A stretch of 63,086 nucleotides of DNA from Octopus sinensis. Taxonomy: Eukaryota. The DNA lies in NCBI RefSeq assembly GCF_006345805.1, contig NW_021833821.1:1-63086 (forward strand), written 5' to 3'. Shown here piece after piece: positions 11,613 to 26,148 of the stretch; positions within the stretch are counted from its first letter, which is position 1; each line of letters starts with the position of its first letter. The position numbers and the translations under genes are program-made. The notes beneath the pieces were generated by a model. It saw nothing but the letters and a program-made list of their open reading frames with translations, did no database searches and was not told the DNA's origin.

Positions 11613-11865
11613 TACAATCCTGCCATTTTGGCGCATTTGATTAGGGAAATAAAGTTAAAGGAATGATGTAGAGGGTTGTCTTTGAGGACTGAGATGTTTC
11701 GACAGAGAAGAAAGCAACGTAAGAGGAACAAAAATCTAAGGCGCAAAGAGACATTGAAAGAGGATATGTAGGAATTTGGGTTGGCGAAGGAACAATATTT
11801 AGAAGGAGGCAAAAAAAAGCAAATTTACTGACTATACAAAATGGAGACTTTGTATTTCTATATCT

Positions 11866-11874
11866 ATCTATCTA

Positions 11875-11939
<65 letters not shown>

Positions 11940-11988
11940 CATCCATCTATCTATGTCTGTCTGTCTGTCTACCTATCTATCTACCTAC

Positions 11989-12059
<71 letters not shown>

Positions 12060-12061
12060 AA

Positions 12062-12095
<34 letters not shown>

Positions 12096-12145
12096 AATAT
12101 CTATCTATCTATCTATCTATATATCTATCTATATATATCTATCTA

Positions 12146-12176
<31 letters not shown>

Positions 12177-12230
12177 TTCTGCCTGTATCTCTCTCTTTCT
12201 CTCTCTGTCTCTGTATATATATATATATTA

Positions 12231-12263
<33 letters not shown>

Positions 12264-12266
12264 TCC

Positions 12267-12298
<32 letters not shown>

Positions 12299-12300
12299 GC
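11866..12300. repeat. Compound microsatellite (TATC)n/(TGTC)n/(TC)n/(TA)n
   Basis: Direct reading. Confidence 0.95.
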
Positions 12301-13032
12301 CTAAACTGATAGTACAAACTTGAATATCCGAATATATACGCGTTGTATAGTATTTGATTTCGCCATATTGGTCTATGTATTCATACTGGAGTCATACTGG
12401 AGAATGTGTATGCATACACACGCCATAATCTTGTGACCACTGAATCGCTGAGCCAGACAATCCTGTCTCGTTGACCAACTTCTTCTATGATACGCCATTC
12501 AGACTCACGCTTTAAAACCATCAATTCCATGCCTATAGATACGGACATTTGCTCCATAATAGCTACACATACTTTTTCAAAATATATAGTGACATAAAAA
12601 CTGACTGACATATCATATTTATTTGATAGATCTTCACAGAGTCGTCTAATATATACAAACATCAAATTGTTCAACTAATGAATATAATAGTGATGATAAT
12701 ATCGAGAGAGCGTTATGTCCGTTGCCTGATATGCCGGAGACTATCAATCGAAATCAAACGAGAGCAGCCATAGTAAATATAATGTCTATCGCATCAAAGC
12801 TTTGCGCACTTGAACTCCGTCGCGGACACATTCACCTACTTGACACGAAGTTGGAATAAAGTTCGCAATTTCACAAGTACTTTACATACATACGTACCTA
12901 TATACACACACACATACACACATAGACACATACGTGCCTTCATACACACAGACATGCACACACAAACATATATGTATATACATATATATACGTACATACA
13001 TACACACATATACACACACACAAACATATATG

Positions 13033-13121
<89 letters not shown>

Positions 13122-13240
13122 GGCCAGATAACCGAAGAGATGGTGTTGTGGATTTCCACCTCGGCATCCGAAACTCAGAGTTTAATCTCGGCAATTGAAT
13201 AATTGTCACATTACTTTACAGATATATATATAAAAAAAAA

Positions 13241-13570
13241 GGGTAAAGACGCCCTTCGGTCATGAATGACCATGGGATTGCACCTAGAAAGTTACCCTCC
13301 TAAACACAAGTCTGGGCACGGTTGTTTATGGAAGACCAGCAGTCGCCCATGCATACCAGCCTCCCCTCTCCACGCCACCAGTGTTATCCAAGGGAAAGAC
13401 AAAGGTCGATACAGCTTGGCACCAGTGACGTCGCAACTCATTTCTACAGCTGAGTGAACTGGAGCAACGTTGCCTTGCTCAAGAACACAACACCCAGCCC
13501 GGTCCGGGATTCGAGCTCACAGCCTCACGATCGTAAGCTCGACGCTCTAACCACTGAGCCATGCGCCTTC
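13241..13570 (-). mobile_element. tRNA-derived SINE family D
   Basis: Minus-strand head AAGGCGCATGGCTCAGTGGTTAGAGCG with a B-box-like GAGCTCGAATCCC; its 3' half recurs at 48950-49125. Confidence 0.8.
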
Positions 13571-13585
13571 ACTATATATATATAT

Positions 13586-13638
<53 letters not shown>

Positions 13639-13663
13639 TATATATATATATATATATATATAT

Positions 13664-13787
<124 letters not shown>

Positions 13788-13864
13788 AACACAGAGACAT
13801 TCTCGCATACGCACATATATGAGTGTGTGTAATTGGTAATTGGTGTGTTGTTATGTGTGTGTTA

Positions 13865-14750
<886 letters not shown>

Positions 14751-15045
14751 TAGACATGTTAGCAAACTCTCAAGGGAGCCGAACAACGGAAGGTCCTCAG
14801 AGATGAAACCCCACTCAGAAGTGTTTCGGTTCTTAAACTCTTAGATTCTGAGGCGGCTGGGACGCATCCAGGTCATTACTTCCGTGAACCTTTCTGCTGT
14901 CACGTTTTGGCCACTTTATTGATCATAACGATCGTTTCGACTTCTTGCATCTCTCTCTCCCGCGGATGGGAAACCACGCAATGAATTTCCTACCATGTTA
15001 CGGTGCAGAAGCAATTACGTACACACAAAAACATATACGCAAGCA

Positions 15046-15210
15046 TGTGTGTGTGTGTCCGTGTGTTTCTCTGTGTTTGTGTGTGTTTCTCTGTCTGTGT
15101 GTGTGTTTCTCTGTGTGTGTGTGTGTTTCTCTGTGTGTGTGTGTGTTTCTCTGTGTGTGTGTGTGTTTCTCTGTGTGTCCGTGTGTTTCTCTGTGTGTGT
15201 GTGTGTTTGT
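15046..15210. repeat. Compound minisatellite, unit about (GT)5-6-TTCTCT, ~8 copies
   Basis: Repeated GTGTGTGTGTGTTTCTCT. Confidence 0.85.
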
Positions 15211-15234
15211 CGCGGCGATTCTGTATATATTTAT

Positions 15235-15452
15235 ATATCACGTGATCACGTGACCGACCAGGCTATCATATGTTGCTGCACATCGCTGGTCACAATGCGC
15301 TTCGCATTGTTTTAGCCTTCAAATGACGCCACCCCGCTGGGCTAAGCGAGCAAGCCAACAGAAGAAAGAGTGAGAGAAAGTTGTGGCGAAAGAGTACAGT
15401 AAGGGACCGCTACCACCCACTGCCGGAGCGTCGTGAAGCTTTAGGTGTTTTC
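15235..15452. mobile_element. Interspersed-repeat-like segment (family G, unclassified)
   Basis: GC-richer, CpG-containing block ATCACGTGACCGACCAGG..GAAGCTTTAGGTGTTTTC that I recall as a common octopus repeat; single copy here. Confidence 0.45.
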
Positions 15453-15795
15453 TGTGTATCATTTTTAATAATCAGAGGTCAGAAGGTGACTCAAGTAGCA
15501 TGTATTGCATGCATTGTAATTAACAAACACAAAGGCATATGCATATACCTACGTGTATAAAGCTGGAGCAAAGCATTACTTAACTGGGTGTCAGAATAGA
15601 GAAAGTTTCAGGTTTTGTAATACGGTAAAATGGAAAAACAACGAATGACTGACATTACGCCAGCCGTTAGTTGGCAAAAGATGTTTTTATGAGGGATTCA
15701 AAATCTTAAAAATAACAATAAAGGGAAAGGAAACCAGCAAATTTAGTAGATATGAACTTTTCAACAAAATAGGAATAGAAAACAAGTGTATATCA

Positions 15796-15900
<105 letters not shown>

Positions 15901-15901
15901 C

Positions 15902-15963
<62 letters not shown>

Positions 15964-15969
15964 GTCTTA

Positions 15970-16001
<32 letters not shown>

Positions 16002-16042
16002 TTATCTATTTATCTATACGCACACATATTTCTATATACATA

Positions 16043-16073
<31 letters not shown>

Positions 16074-16087
16074 ATATATATATATAC

Positions 16088-16136
<49 letters not shown>

Positions 16137-16413
16137 GATATACATACATATACATATATATACATGTATTTACTTATATATATGTATATGTATATGCATT
16201 GCTATATATATATATATATCATACATACATGCATATATATATTTATATACATATATATACATACATACATATATATAAATACATATATATACATATATAT
16301 GTATATATTTATATACCTATATATATACATATTATATACATATATATACATACATACATATATATACATACATATACATATATACAGTATATATATTATA
16401 TATATTATATATA

Positions 16414-16472
<59 letters not shown>

Positions 16473-16816
16473 TGTATATTATACACACACAGACATACAC
16501 GCGTAAGCTCCGAATTGAGAGTTCGTTCGAACAAGTACCCACGAGGATTCCGTGTGTGTGCTTGAATCAGCAGTTTCACCATGGAAACAACTCGAATATA
16601 GTTCATTTGCTTTAATCTTCTGATGTCTTCTTCGCCAATATCTTCCTTTATCACTAAAACTAACTCACAACAAATAATACAGCAAAAGCGAAAAACATAA
16701 AACAGAAAACATTCCGGCTATTATTGCAATGGAAACGGATACAGCAGACTGAAATTGCCTCGGGGGAGTGATAGCAGAACAGCAGAATAGAATAACATAT
16801 ACGTATATGCACGTGG

Positions 16817-16849
<33 letters not shown>

Positions 16850-16919
16850 CGTGTGTGTATTCTTATATTTACATTCACATAAATGTGCGTCTATATACAT
16901 ACATACATATATACATACA

Positions 16920-16961
<42 letters not shown>

Positions 16962-17212
16962 TATATATATATATGTTATATATATACATATATATATATA
17001 TATCATACATATATATAAATATGTTTATATATATACATATAAATATGTATATGTATACGTCTATATATATATTGGTGAATACATGTTTACATATATAGAA
17101 GTGTATCTCTATGCATGTATGTATATATACACGCACCTCTCTCTTCTCTCTCTCTCTCTCTGTGTCTGTCTGTCTCTCTGTCTGTCTCCCTCTCTTTCTC
17201 TCTCTCTCTCTG

Positions 17213-17244
<32 letters not shown>

Positions 17245-17407
17245 ATATTATTATTTGTGTATTCCCTTCACTCTCACATTCTGTGTGTGTGTGTGTGTCT
17301 CTCTCTCTCTCTTCCTACCACTGTCTCTCTTTATCTTTCTCTCTCTCTCAATATATATGTATTATGGTTATAATATATATATTATATTTAATATATACAT
17401 AGGTAAA

Positions 17408-17790
17408 GGCGCAGGAGTGGTTGTGTGGTAAGTAGCTTGCTTACCAACCATATGGCTCCGATGCCATCCCCACTGTGTGGCACCTTGGGCAAGTGTCTTC
17501 GTCTATAACCTCAGGACGACTCAAGTCTTGTGAGCGGATTTGTGAAATAGGTAGACGGAAATGTATATGCATATATATATATATGTGTGTCTGTGGTGCC
17601 CCCCTCCCCACACGCAACATCGCTTGACAACCGATGTTAGTGTGTTTAAGTCGCCGTAACCTTGTAGATCGGCAAAAGCGGTGCTGGAATAAGTACTAAG
17701 CTTACAAAAGAATAAGTTCCGGGGTCGATTTGTCTGACTAAATGCTGTGCACCAGCATGGCCGCAGTCAAATGACCGAAAAAATAAAAGA
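17408..17790 (+). mobile_element. SINE family A, diverged full copy
   Basis: GGCGCAGGAGTGGTTGTGTGGTAAG head to CATGGCCGCAGTCAAATGACCGAAA tail. Confidence 0.85.
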
Positions 17791-18361
17791 ATATACGCAC
17801 ACACACACACACATGTATATATATGCATGCATATACATATATTCATGCATACACAGACACTGAAACAGACAGAGTCACACACACACTCAGACACACACGC
17901 ATGGACACACACGCATAGACACACACATACACACACACATATATATATATAAATGTATACATACATATACACATATGTATACGTAGATACATATCAATAT
18001 ATACACACATAGACACACACACATATATATATACATACATACATGCAATATATATCCATAAATGCCTATATATACACACTCACAAAGAAACATGCAAACA
18101 CACACACACATAAACCATACATTCTTATATTATTCAACAAATTTATTTCGTTTTTGGATTTGGTTTGCAAGATTCTTTATATGAGTTCGTGTGTTGAAGC
18201 ATATTCTGTTGTGTCTGGGGAGAGTCATTTTCTTTTTGTACCTTATAATGTAACACACTCACCGGTAAAATTTCACTCATTTCTTGCAACCTATTCAATA
18301 GTCTTGATTATTGAAAACGTTGCAAGACGCAAAGAAAATTTTAGGAAAATAAAAATAAGAA

Positions 18362-18392
18362 ATGTCTGGGGACATATAATGTCCCCAGACAT
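18362..18392. repeat. Perfect 14-bp inverted repeat with 3-nt loop
   Basis: ATGTCTGGGGACAT-ATA-ATGTCCCCAGACAT. Confidence 0.9.
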
Positions 18393-18887
18393 CAACAAAA
18401 TTACATGTTAGTTAAATATTAGAAATAATATGTTATCGTATAGTAGAGAATGCTTATGAAGCTTTTTAAAGCTCGTTGAGGAAGGAAAAACCTTATCTGT
18501 TCATAAAGATTTTCGTAGCTATTTATAGTGTATACAAACTCGGACTCATTTGCATAACAATGCCAACGGTGAAATTTAGATCCTTTTAACGTGCATGACA
18601 CATCACGATTTCTTAATTTGGGACGTAACTGTTACGGTATTTTAGCAAATACATCCGTCCAGCTTCGTAGTGAAATGTGAAAGGGTTGGTCATTGAAAAG
18701 CATAAATCTATTTGTAGGCAGCAAATACGAATCCAATATAATTTGTCTGTCGTTGGTAGATCTGAATTAGAGAGAAAAAAATCTCGTTCTTTATCAGTAG
18801 AGTTTAGTAGTCTTACAGCCGTGTATTTCAGGTCTATATTTAAGAGATGAGGAATTATTTACATTATTTACATTATTTACATTATTT

Positions 18888-19110
18888 GTGGAGGCGCGTG
18901 GCTTAGTGGTTAGGGTGTCAGCATCATGATCGTAATATTGTGGTTTCGATTCCTGGATCAGGCGATGCGTTATGTTCTTGAGCAAAACACTTCATTTCAC
19001 GTTGCTCCAGTCCACTCAGCTAGCAAAAATGAGTAACGCTTCGATGGACTGGCGTCCCGTCTAGTTGGGGAACACATACTCCATAGAAACCGGGAAACCG
19101 GGCCCATGAC
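18888..19110 (+). mobile_element. tRNA-derived SINE family C inserted into a family F tail
   Basis: GAGGCGCGTGGCTTAGTGGTTAGGG A box, GGTTTCGATTCC B box; flanked by (TTTACATTA)n on the left and the family F continuation on the right. Confidence 0.8.
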
Positions 19111-19116
19111 GCGTTT

Positions 19117-19210
19117 TTTGTCCTCATCTTGTTTGTTGAGAGTACAACGTTTTGGCTGGAGGGTATATCAGTCGAAACGTTATGTTGATAACAAACATGA
19201 TGAGGACAAA
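19117..19210. repeat. Fold-back of two family F tails joined at hammerhead stem II (42-bp arms)
   Basis: 19117-19158 is the reverse complement of 19169-19210 at 33/42 positions; centre GGCTG-GAGGGTATAT-CAGTC followed by GAAACGTT. Confidence 0.8.
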
Positions 19211-19527
19211 TATCCACCAAATGTAAATAATGTAAATAATGTAAATGCATATTTTTTTTCGCAAATTAGAATCCCGCTAAACTATTCAATCTTATTATGC
19301 ATAACGGTGCATAAGCCGACCTCATCCTTTGATTAATAAATTCATAAGAAGCAATAAAGTGAAAAATTTGAGCTGTGTTTAGTCAGAATCAATTCTGAAT
19401 ATGTTAATGTAACTCTCCTACCATTCCATGCTCTCCATTCATTTGCATATGTAGAGTAAAAAAAAATTTTTTTAATATTCTTTTAATATATATCCATCAT
19501 ATCAAGAATGTAATTCTATGAGGATAC

Positions 19528-19618
19528 CATTCCTGATGAAAGGGACGTTGTCCACATGGTTTGTAAGATTTATTAATTTTTCTACTAGGACATGAACTCT
19601 AGAAACAGCCGTTGAAAG
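19528..19618 (+). ncRNA. Hammerhead-like motif with long, degenerate stem II
   Basis: CATTC CTGATGA A AGGG..GTCC..GGAC..CTCT A GAAA C AGCC GT T^GAAAG; stem I CATTC/GAAAG 4 of 5 pairs. Confidence 0.5.
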
Positions 19619-19959
19619 TGAACCTCCTCGAAGTGTATTATATACCTTAAATAACACTTATATTTAAAAACAAAACACACACACCGAACTCTATGGATCT
19701 TTTAACTTCTCTCTTAATTTCAGTACAAAAAAACATTTTTTATCAGTCCACTTTTTCTCACAATTCCTTCCTTACGTATCCCAAATGTGTTTTACTTACC
19801 TGTATTTTTATGTATATTTATATATTGATATTTTATGAATACTTTTTTTAATATACATATGTGTCGATACAATTAATATATGTATAAGCATTTTGAGGTG
19901 AATTTATAGAGGTATGACTGCCTAATTTGAGTTTATATCTTAATTCTGATATATATATA

Positions 19960-20016
<57 letters not shown>

Positions 20017-20311
20017 GGATATGTGTATCTATGATTCAAACATAATCTTGTAACGTATGCAAGATGTATTTTACTTAGGGCAATCATTTAGAGACGAATT
20101 CAATGCGTTGGGTTACCATGCCTTACTATAGTCATTATACCGACATTTGACAGTGAGAAATGTGTTTTGCTTTCGGCTGTTCGCAACTATCACGACAATC
20201 ATGAAGAACCAGCGGCGAAGTTCGTAGCAGTGTCACACTTTCATTACAACACGGACACACAGACGCACACGCAGCCGAACAAGAACACATACATACAACA
20301 CACGCTTATAT

Positions 20312-20402
<91 letters not shown>

Positions 20403-20438
20403 GCATATATACGAAATATTATGTATATGCATATATAT

Positions 20439-20498
<60 letters not shown>

Positions 20499-21328
20499 GA
20501 ATATATATATATATATGCATATATGTGTATACATGTATATATATAGATATACACATACATACATACAAACAAATGTATTATATATATATATTTACATATG
20601 TATATGCTATATATATGTATATATATATATACAAATACACACACACACACACACCACACACACAAACACGCAAATATATACACGCAAAAATATATGGCGT
20701 TCATTTTTATTCCTGCATAAATAGTTTACAATTATTGCGAGGCAATTAACCAATTTAGACCATACGCAACAACACACACACACACACACAGACACGTACG
20801 TGTGTGTGTGTGTGCGAAATTGTGTGTTTGTGTGATTGTGTCTCTGTGTGTTTGCCTTGTCTGCACGAACGTGCATATGTAGCGATATCTTACTCCGTAC
20901 TCTAGCTTAAACTGTGACATTTACTAAGCTACCCATAGATATGACGATATGGACATGTGAGAGTTGTCTTCTCTTCTCTTTCTGAAATGCGAAATAATAT
21001 GTCATATAATAGGCATTGTTATATCATCATGCAATCCCCTGTCATGCATTATAAATGCGCTAAAAGAGTTTCTTTCACCTTCCTTTTTTTCTTTTCTTTA
21101 ATTTTTTATTAGTTTTAACCTGTGAATAACCTCTCTATTGATTCGGTAAATGAGTCATTCCAAGCGATGACTTATATTTTATAATCTAATATGATCCGAA
21201 TTAAATGTTATATTGATTGCTCTATGTATGTATGTATGTATGTATGTATGTATGTGAGTGGATGTGGGTGTGTATGCGCGTGTTTAGGTGTGTGTCCATA
21301 TCTCTCTCTCTCTGTATATATATATATA

Positions 21329-21627
21329 TCAATAACAATATAGGGTGAAGTTAATTTGGAATAATCATTAATTTCACCAAGTAGATTTCGGCATGTAAAA
21401 GCCCCATTCAAGGAAGGTTTAAGTAATATATATATATATATATGACAGTGACTTCGAATATTCCGTCAGTTAACCCATCGCCCAGCGATCTATATATATA
21501 TATGATTATGATTATGCATTCGAAAACACTAAGTTAAACAAACTTATACATATATGAATGAATGTGTGTGTGTGAAAGCGTGTGCGTGCAAAAATAGACA
21601 TAAATGCAGAGTGAGACAGAGAAAGAG

Positions 21628-21707
<80 letters not shown>

Positions 21708-22492
21708 GGGGTGAACAATAAAAGTGCGGCGGAAAAAAGGTAGCTCATAACGATTTGTTCCGAATCTTTCGTTTTGAGGTCAAATAAACCGGTGGTCAAT
21801 TTTGTCATTCATCCTTTTGGCGTCAGTAAAGAATTACCAACCAGAGGAGGGGGGAGGTATCGTGCATATTTTATGAGCCATTAGGAGGTCATATTGTGTG
21901 GCACCTGTTGTGTTTTAAAGTTCAAATGAAACAATTGCTTTCTGCTTCATTAGCAATAAACATCATTAGTTCCCTAATGACTTCATTGTGATGAATAATT
22001 AAATAATTTAAATAAATTTGAATAAAATCTGTTTAAAACGCTGATTATCTTAAATCATAATTTGACTTTATCAGAAACCTGCTGCATTTTCTGCAGTGTT
22101 GTCAGGTGTTCGTAATTAAGGATTCATTATTCATTAGGCTGCTCCTGATTAGTGAGAATATGTTTTTTTATATAAATACACCGATTCTATCAATGTATGT
22201 TTATACATGCATATAAATATTTTTAAGGGTTTCGTCCCCACACATTCACTCACACACACAGGAGTGAGTGCTGAAGAGGTCCTTGTTTCGGTAAGAGAAA
22301 ATACAGGGGGATCAGTTAATTATGGTTTTATTCAATATATCCCCCCCTCAGATACACTCACTTATTTCAGCGGCCCTTCAGTTTTTCTCAGACTTGTAAA
22401 AGAACTTGGAAGTTTCGGCCTCCATCAGACCTTTCACGATACCCTTAAAGATTGGAAACTTTCGGCACCCCTTCATATGCATTCATATATAT

Positions 22493-22537
<45 letters not shown>

Positions 22538-22555
22538 ATATATTATACATATAAC

Positions 22556-22592
<37 letters not shown>

Positions 22593-22925
22593 CATATATA
22601 CATATATATAATATTATATATATATAATATATCAATAACAATATAGGGTTAAGTTATTTGGAATAATCATTAATTTCACCAAGTAGATTTCGGCATGTAA
22701 AAGCCCCATTCAAGGAAGGTTTAAGTAATATATATATATATATGAACAGTGACTTCGAATATTCCGTCAGTTAACCCATCGCCCGCGATCTATATATATA
22801 TGATTATGATTATGCATTCGAAAACACTAAGTTAAACAAACTTATACATATATGAATGAATGTGTGTGTGTGAAAGCGTGTGCGTGCAAAAATAGACATA
22901 AATGCAGAGTGAGACAGAGAAAGAG

Positions 22926-22995
<70 letters not shown>

Positions 22996-23778
22996 AAAAG
23001 GGGGTGAACAATAAAAGTGCGGCGGAAAAAAGGTAGCTCATAACGATTTGTTCCGAATCTTTCGTTTTGAGGTCAAATAAACGGTGGTCAATTTTGTCAT
23101 TCATCCTTTTGGCGTCAGTAAAGAATTACCAACCAGAGGAGGGGGAGTTCGTGCATATTTTATGAGCCATTAGGAGGTCATATTGTTGTGCCACCTGTTG
23201 TGTTTTAAAGTTCAAATGAAACAATTGCTTTCTGCTTCATTAGCAATAAACATCATTAGTTCCCTAATGACTTCATTGTGATGAATAATTAAATAATTTA
23301 AATAAATTTGAATAAAATCTGTTTAAACGCTGATTATCTTAAATCATAATTTGACTTTATCACAAACCTGCTGCATTTTCTGCAGTGTTGTCAGGTGTTC
23401 GTAATTAAGGATTCATTATTCATTAGGCTGCTCCTGATTAGTGAGAATATGTTTTTTTTTAATATAAATACACCGATTCTATCAATGTATGTTTATACAT
23501 GCATATAAATATTTTTAAGGGTTTCGTCCCCACACATTCACTCACACACACAGGAGTGAGTGCTGAAGAGGTCCTTGTTTCGGTAAGAGAAAATACAGGG
23601 GATCAGTTAATTATGGTTTTATTCAATATATCCCCCCCTCAGATACACTCTTATTTCAGCGGCCCTTCAGTTTTTCTCAGACTTGTAAAAGACTTGGAAT
23701 TTTCGGCCTCCATCAGACCTTTCACGATACCCTTAAAGATTGAAACTTTCGGCACCCCTTCATATGCATTCATATTAT

Positions 23779-23823
<45 letters not shown>

Positions 23824-23850
23824 ATATATTTATATATATTACATATATAC

Positions 23851-23935
<85 letters not shown>

Positions 23936-23950
23936 CATATATACATATAT
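21329..23950. repeat. ~1.3-kb tandem duplication (copy 1 ~21329-22630, copy 2 ~22631-23950)
   Basis: TCAATAACAATATAGGGT.AAG starts at 21329 and 22632; the sequences are colinear to CACCCCTTCATATGCATTCA, differing mainly by 1-3 nt indels. Confidence 0.95.
22262..22473. mobile_element. Mariner-type MITE (duplicated at 23556-23760; older copy 24243-24441)
   Basis: Degenerate TIRs GAGTGCTGAAGAGGTCC / GGAAACTTTCGGCACCCCT; shared internal TTTTATTCAATATATCC..TGTAAAAGAA..GGCCTCCA..CCTTTC.CGA.ACCCTTAAA. Confidence 0.6.
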
Positions 23951-23953
23951 ATA

Positions 23954-24050
23954 CAGGGGTTGGACAAAGTAATGGTAACACCTTAAACATTTCAAGCAAA
24001 ATTCATTTTAATACGGGGTAAGACCGCCTTTGGCAGTAATTGCAGCTTTA
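23954..24050 (+). mobile_element. Tc1-like transposon left-end fragment
   Basis: TA|CAGGGGTTGGACAAAGTAATGGTAACACC, a typical Tc1-family terminus after a TA target; no right end found. Confidence 0.6.
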
Positions 24051-24055
24051 GTTCT

Positions 24056-24125
24056 ACGAGCAGGCTCTTCCGTTGACCGGATCAGCTGGAACCCTCGTCT
24101 TCATAACCGACGGAGAACCACGATA
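24056..24125 (+). mobile_element. Family E repeat tail (also 41505-41657 + and 60795-61040 -)
   Basis: CGAGCAGGCT.TTCC.TTG..CGGATCA.CTGGAACCC..CGTC.TC.TAACCGACGGAG shared by three loci. Confidence 0.75.
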
Positions 24126-25404
24126 CATACACACACACACACATGCATACACACACACATGCATACACACACACATGCATACACACACACATGCATACAC
24201 ACACACACAAACAATAAACATACACATACACGCAAGCGTATATAGTTTTGGGGCTCTGGACAAAATAAAATACTTGCAGATCAGTTTAATTCTGATTTTA
24301 TTCAATATATCCGCTTTTCAAATTCACAAACATATTGCAGTGGTCGTTCACATTTTCTAAGCCCTGTAAAAGAAGGTTGGGCCTCCAGCCATGCCTTTCG
24401 CGACACCCTTAAAACCAGGAACATTTCATCGCCCACATGTAGGTATTTTACATGAGTGTTTATAATTGGCCTTGTATGAAATTGAATATTGTCTCTGAAA
24501 TCGATCTCTTGGTACACCTATATTAATGCAGTCGAACGATTATTTGCCACGATTTTATTAGAAGTAGCACTTATTTTTCCTATTAATCTTTTATCATATT
24601 GTATGTATCAACCTTTATAAGACTGTTTTTCTCTTTGCTTGAGGATATTTTTCGCACATTTCATAACTCGAGACCTCATAAGTAGTTTTAAAGATCAATT
24701 ATTTTCTTCTGTCTGGTCAACTTTTCTCATTTCATTTTAATAGTGAATACGTAAAATTCACTAATGACGACCCAACGAGAGAATGTCTACGTAGTTCCGT
24801 AACAGCCAAAGTATTAGCTGTTAAATTTCAGTTCCTAACCCGAGGCATAACGTATTCTTAGACATACAGTGGACGAAAAAAAGATGGTAATGTCATGTCA
24901 GGAACGCTAGCGTTCTTAGATCATCTCAGTAAGGGTTCAAACTAGATTAAGAACTATAAAAAAGAAAAACACTAACACAAGCAGTCAATTTTTACTTACG
25001 GAAAATACTTTTCGCTTTTCCGTATTTGGTATCTTTCGTTTGCAACCGATTCTTAAATCGTCAAACAGAGACCGAGACTAGGCGAATGGCATAGCGAGTG
25101 ACGCGTTGCTCTCAAGCAACTCTGCCGTCCGGGACCAAATTTGTACGAACTCATTACAACAAAGGCGTTCTACAGAGGATTACTGGAGGGGAGGTGCGAC
25201 GACGTTCTCGGGCAGAATTTGGGCGTCGACGAGGAGTACCTGACCCGCCTGTTCAGGACAACAAATAGATTTTATCCTATTTTAAAATTGTAAATTTAAC
25301 CGGAATATATTCAGGGCTGAATTTTATTCTGAATAAACACGCGTACCGAGATGCAATTTGAAAAGATCGCATCTTACATAGATATATAAGGACTTATATA
25401 TCAG

Positions 25405-25437
<33 letters not shown>

Positions 25438-25810
25438 ATTATATTAAATTAGAGATAAAACCACTATCAGGCAAATCAACAGTGAAAATCATAAACAAAT
25501 ACATATAAATAAAATTAATTAATGAAAAATATAAAAATATAAAAAAATTAAAATTCCAAATTAAAGTATGTAAATTAAAGTTAAAATTTAAAAAATTATT
25601 TAAATTAATAATTTAAACTTATAAATTTTAAATATCTATATATATATTTTAATTTATTTTTTTTTTTATTATATAACTATCAAAAAGTATTAAAAGTTTA
25701 ATATAAGATAAAGAGTAAAACCACTTAAAAGTTTAATATATATATCTGTGCGTGTGTAGACACTCACACACACACACGCACACACATATATATGCAAGTG
25801 TTTCTTGTTG

Positions 25811-25845
<35 letters not shown>

Positions 25846-26148
25846 ATTTCTTATCTCTCCAAAACGCTTGTAATGCAGCAAATGACTCTAAGTAAGCTGG
25901 TCTTTTCTCATTCTCTAAGCAATTAGTCAATCCAGACATTTTCTATCTTTATCATTATCGAAGGAAGCCAGCCAAAAACAGCCAAAAACAGCCAAAAAAC
26001 AGCCAGAAACACAAATAAAACCGACGCATTAGAATTGGTCGTCATACTCCAATAAACACTCGCGAACGCTGGATGCAATTATCGTTGATTATTCTCATCT
26101 TTTCATTCCCACTCACATCTCCCGTCACTGCCCAAGTCCAACGGGTTA

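Noticed and set aside
12381-12674. 97-aa minus-strand ORF in unique sequence
   Set aside because: No recognisable motif or clear splice signals; length is compatible with chance
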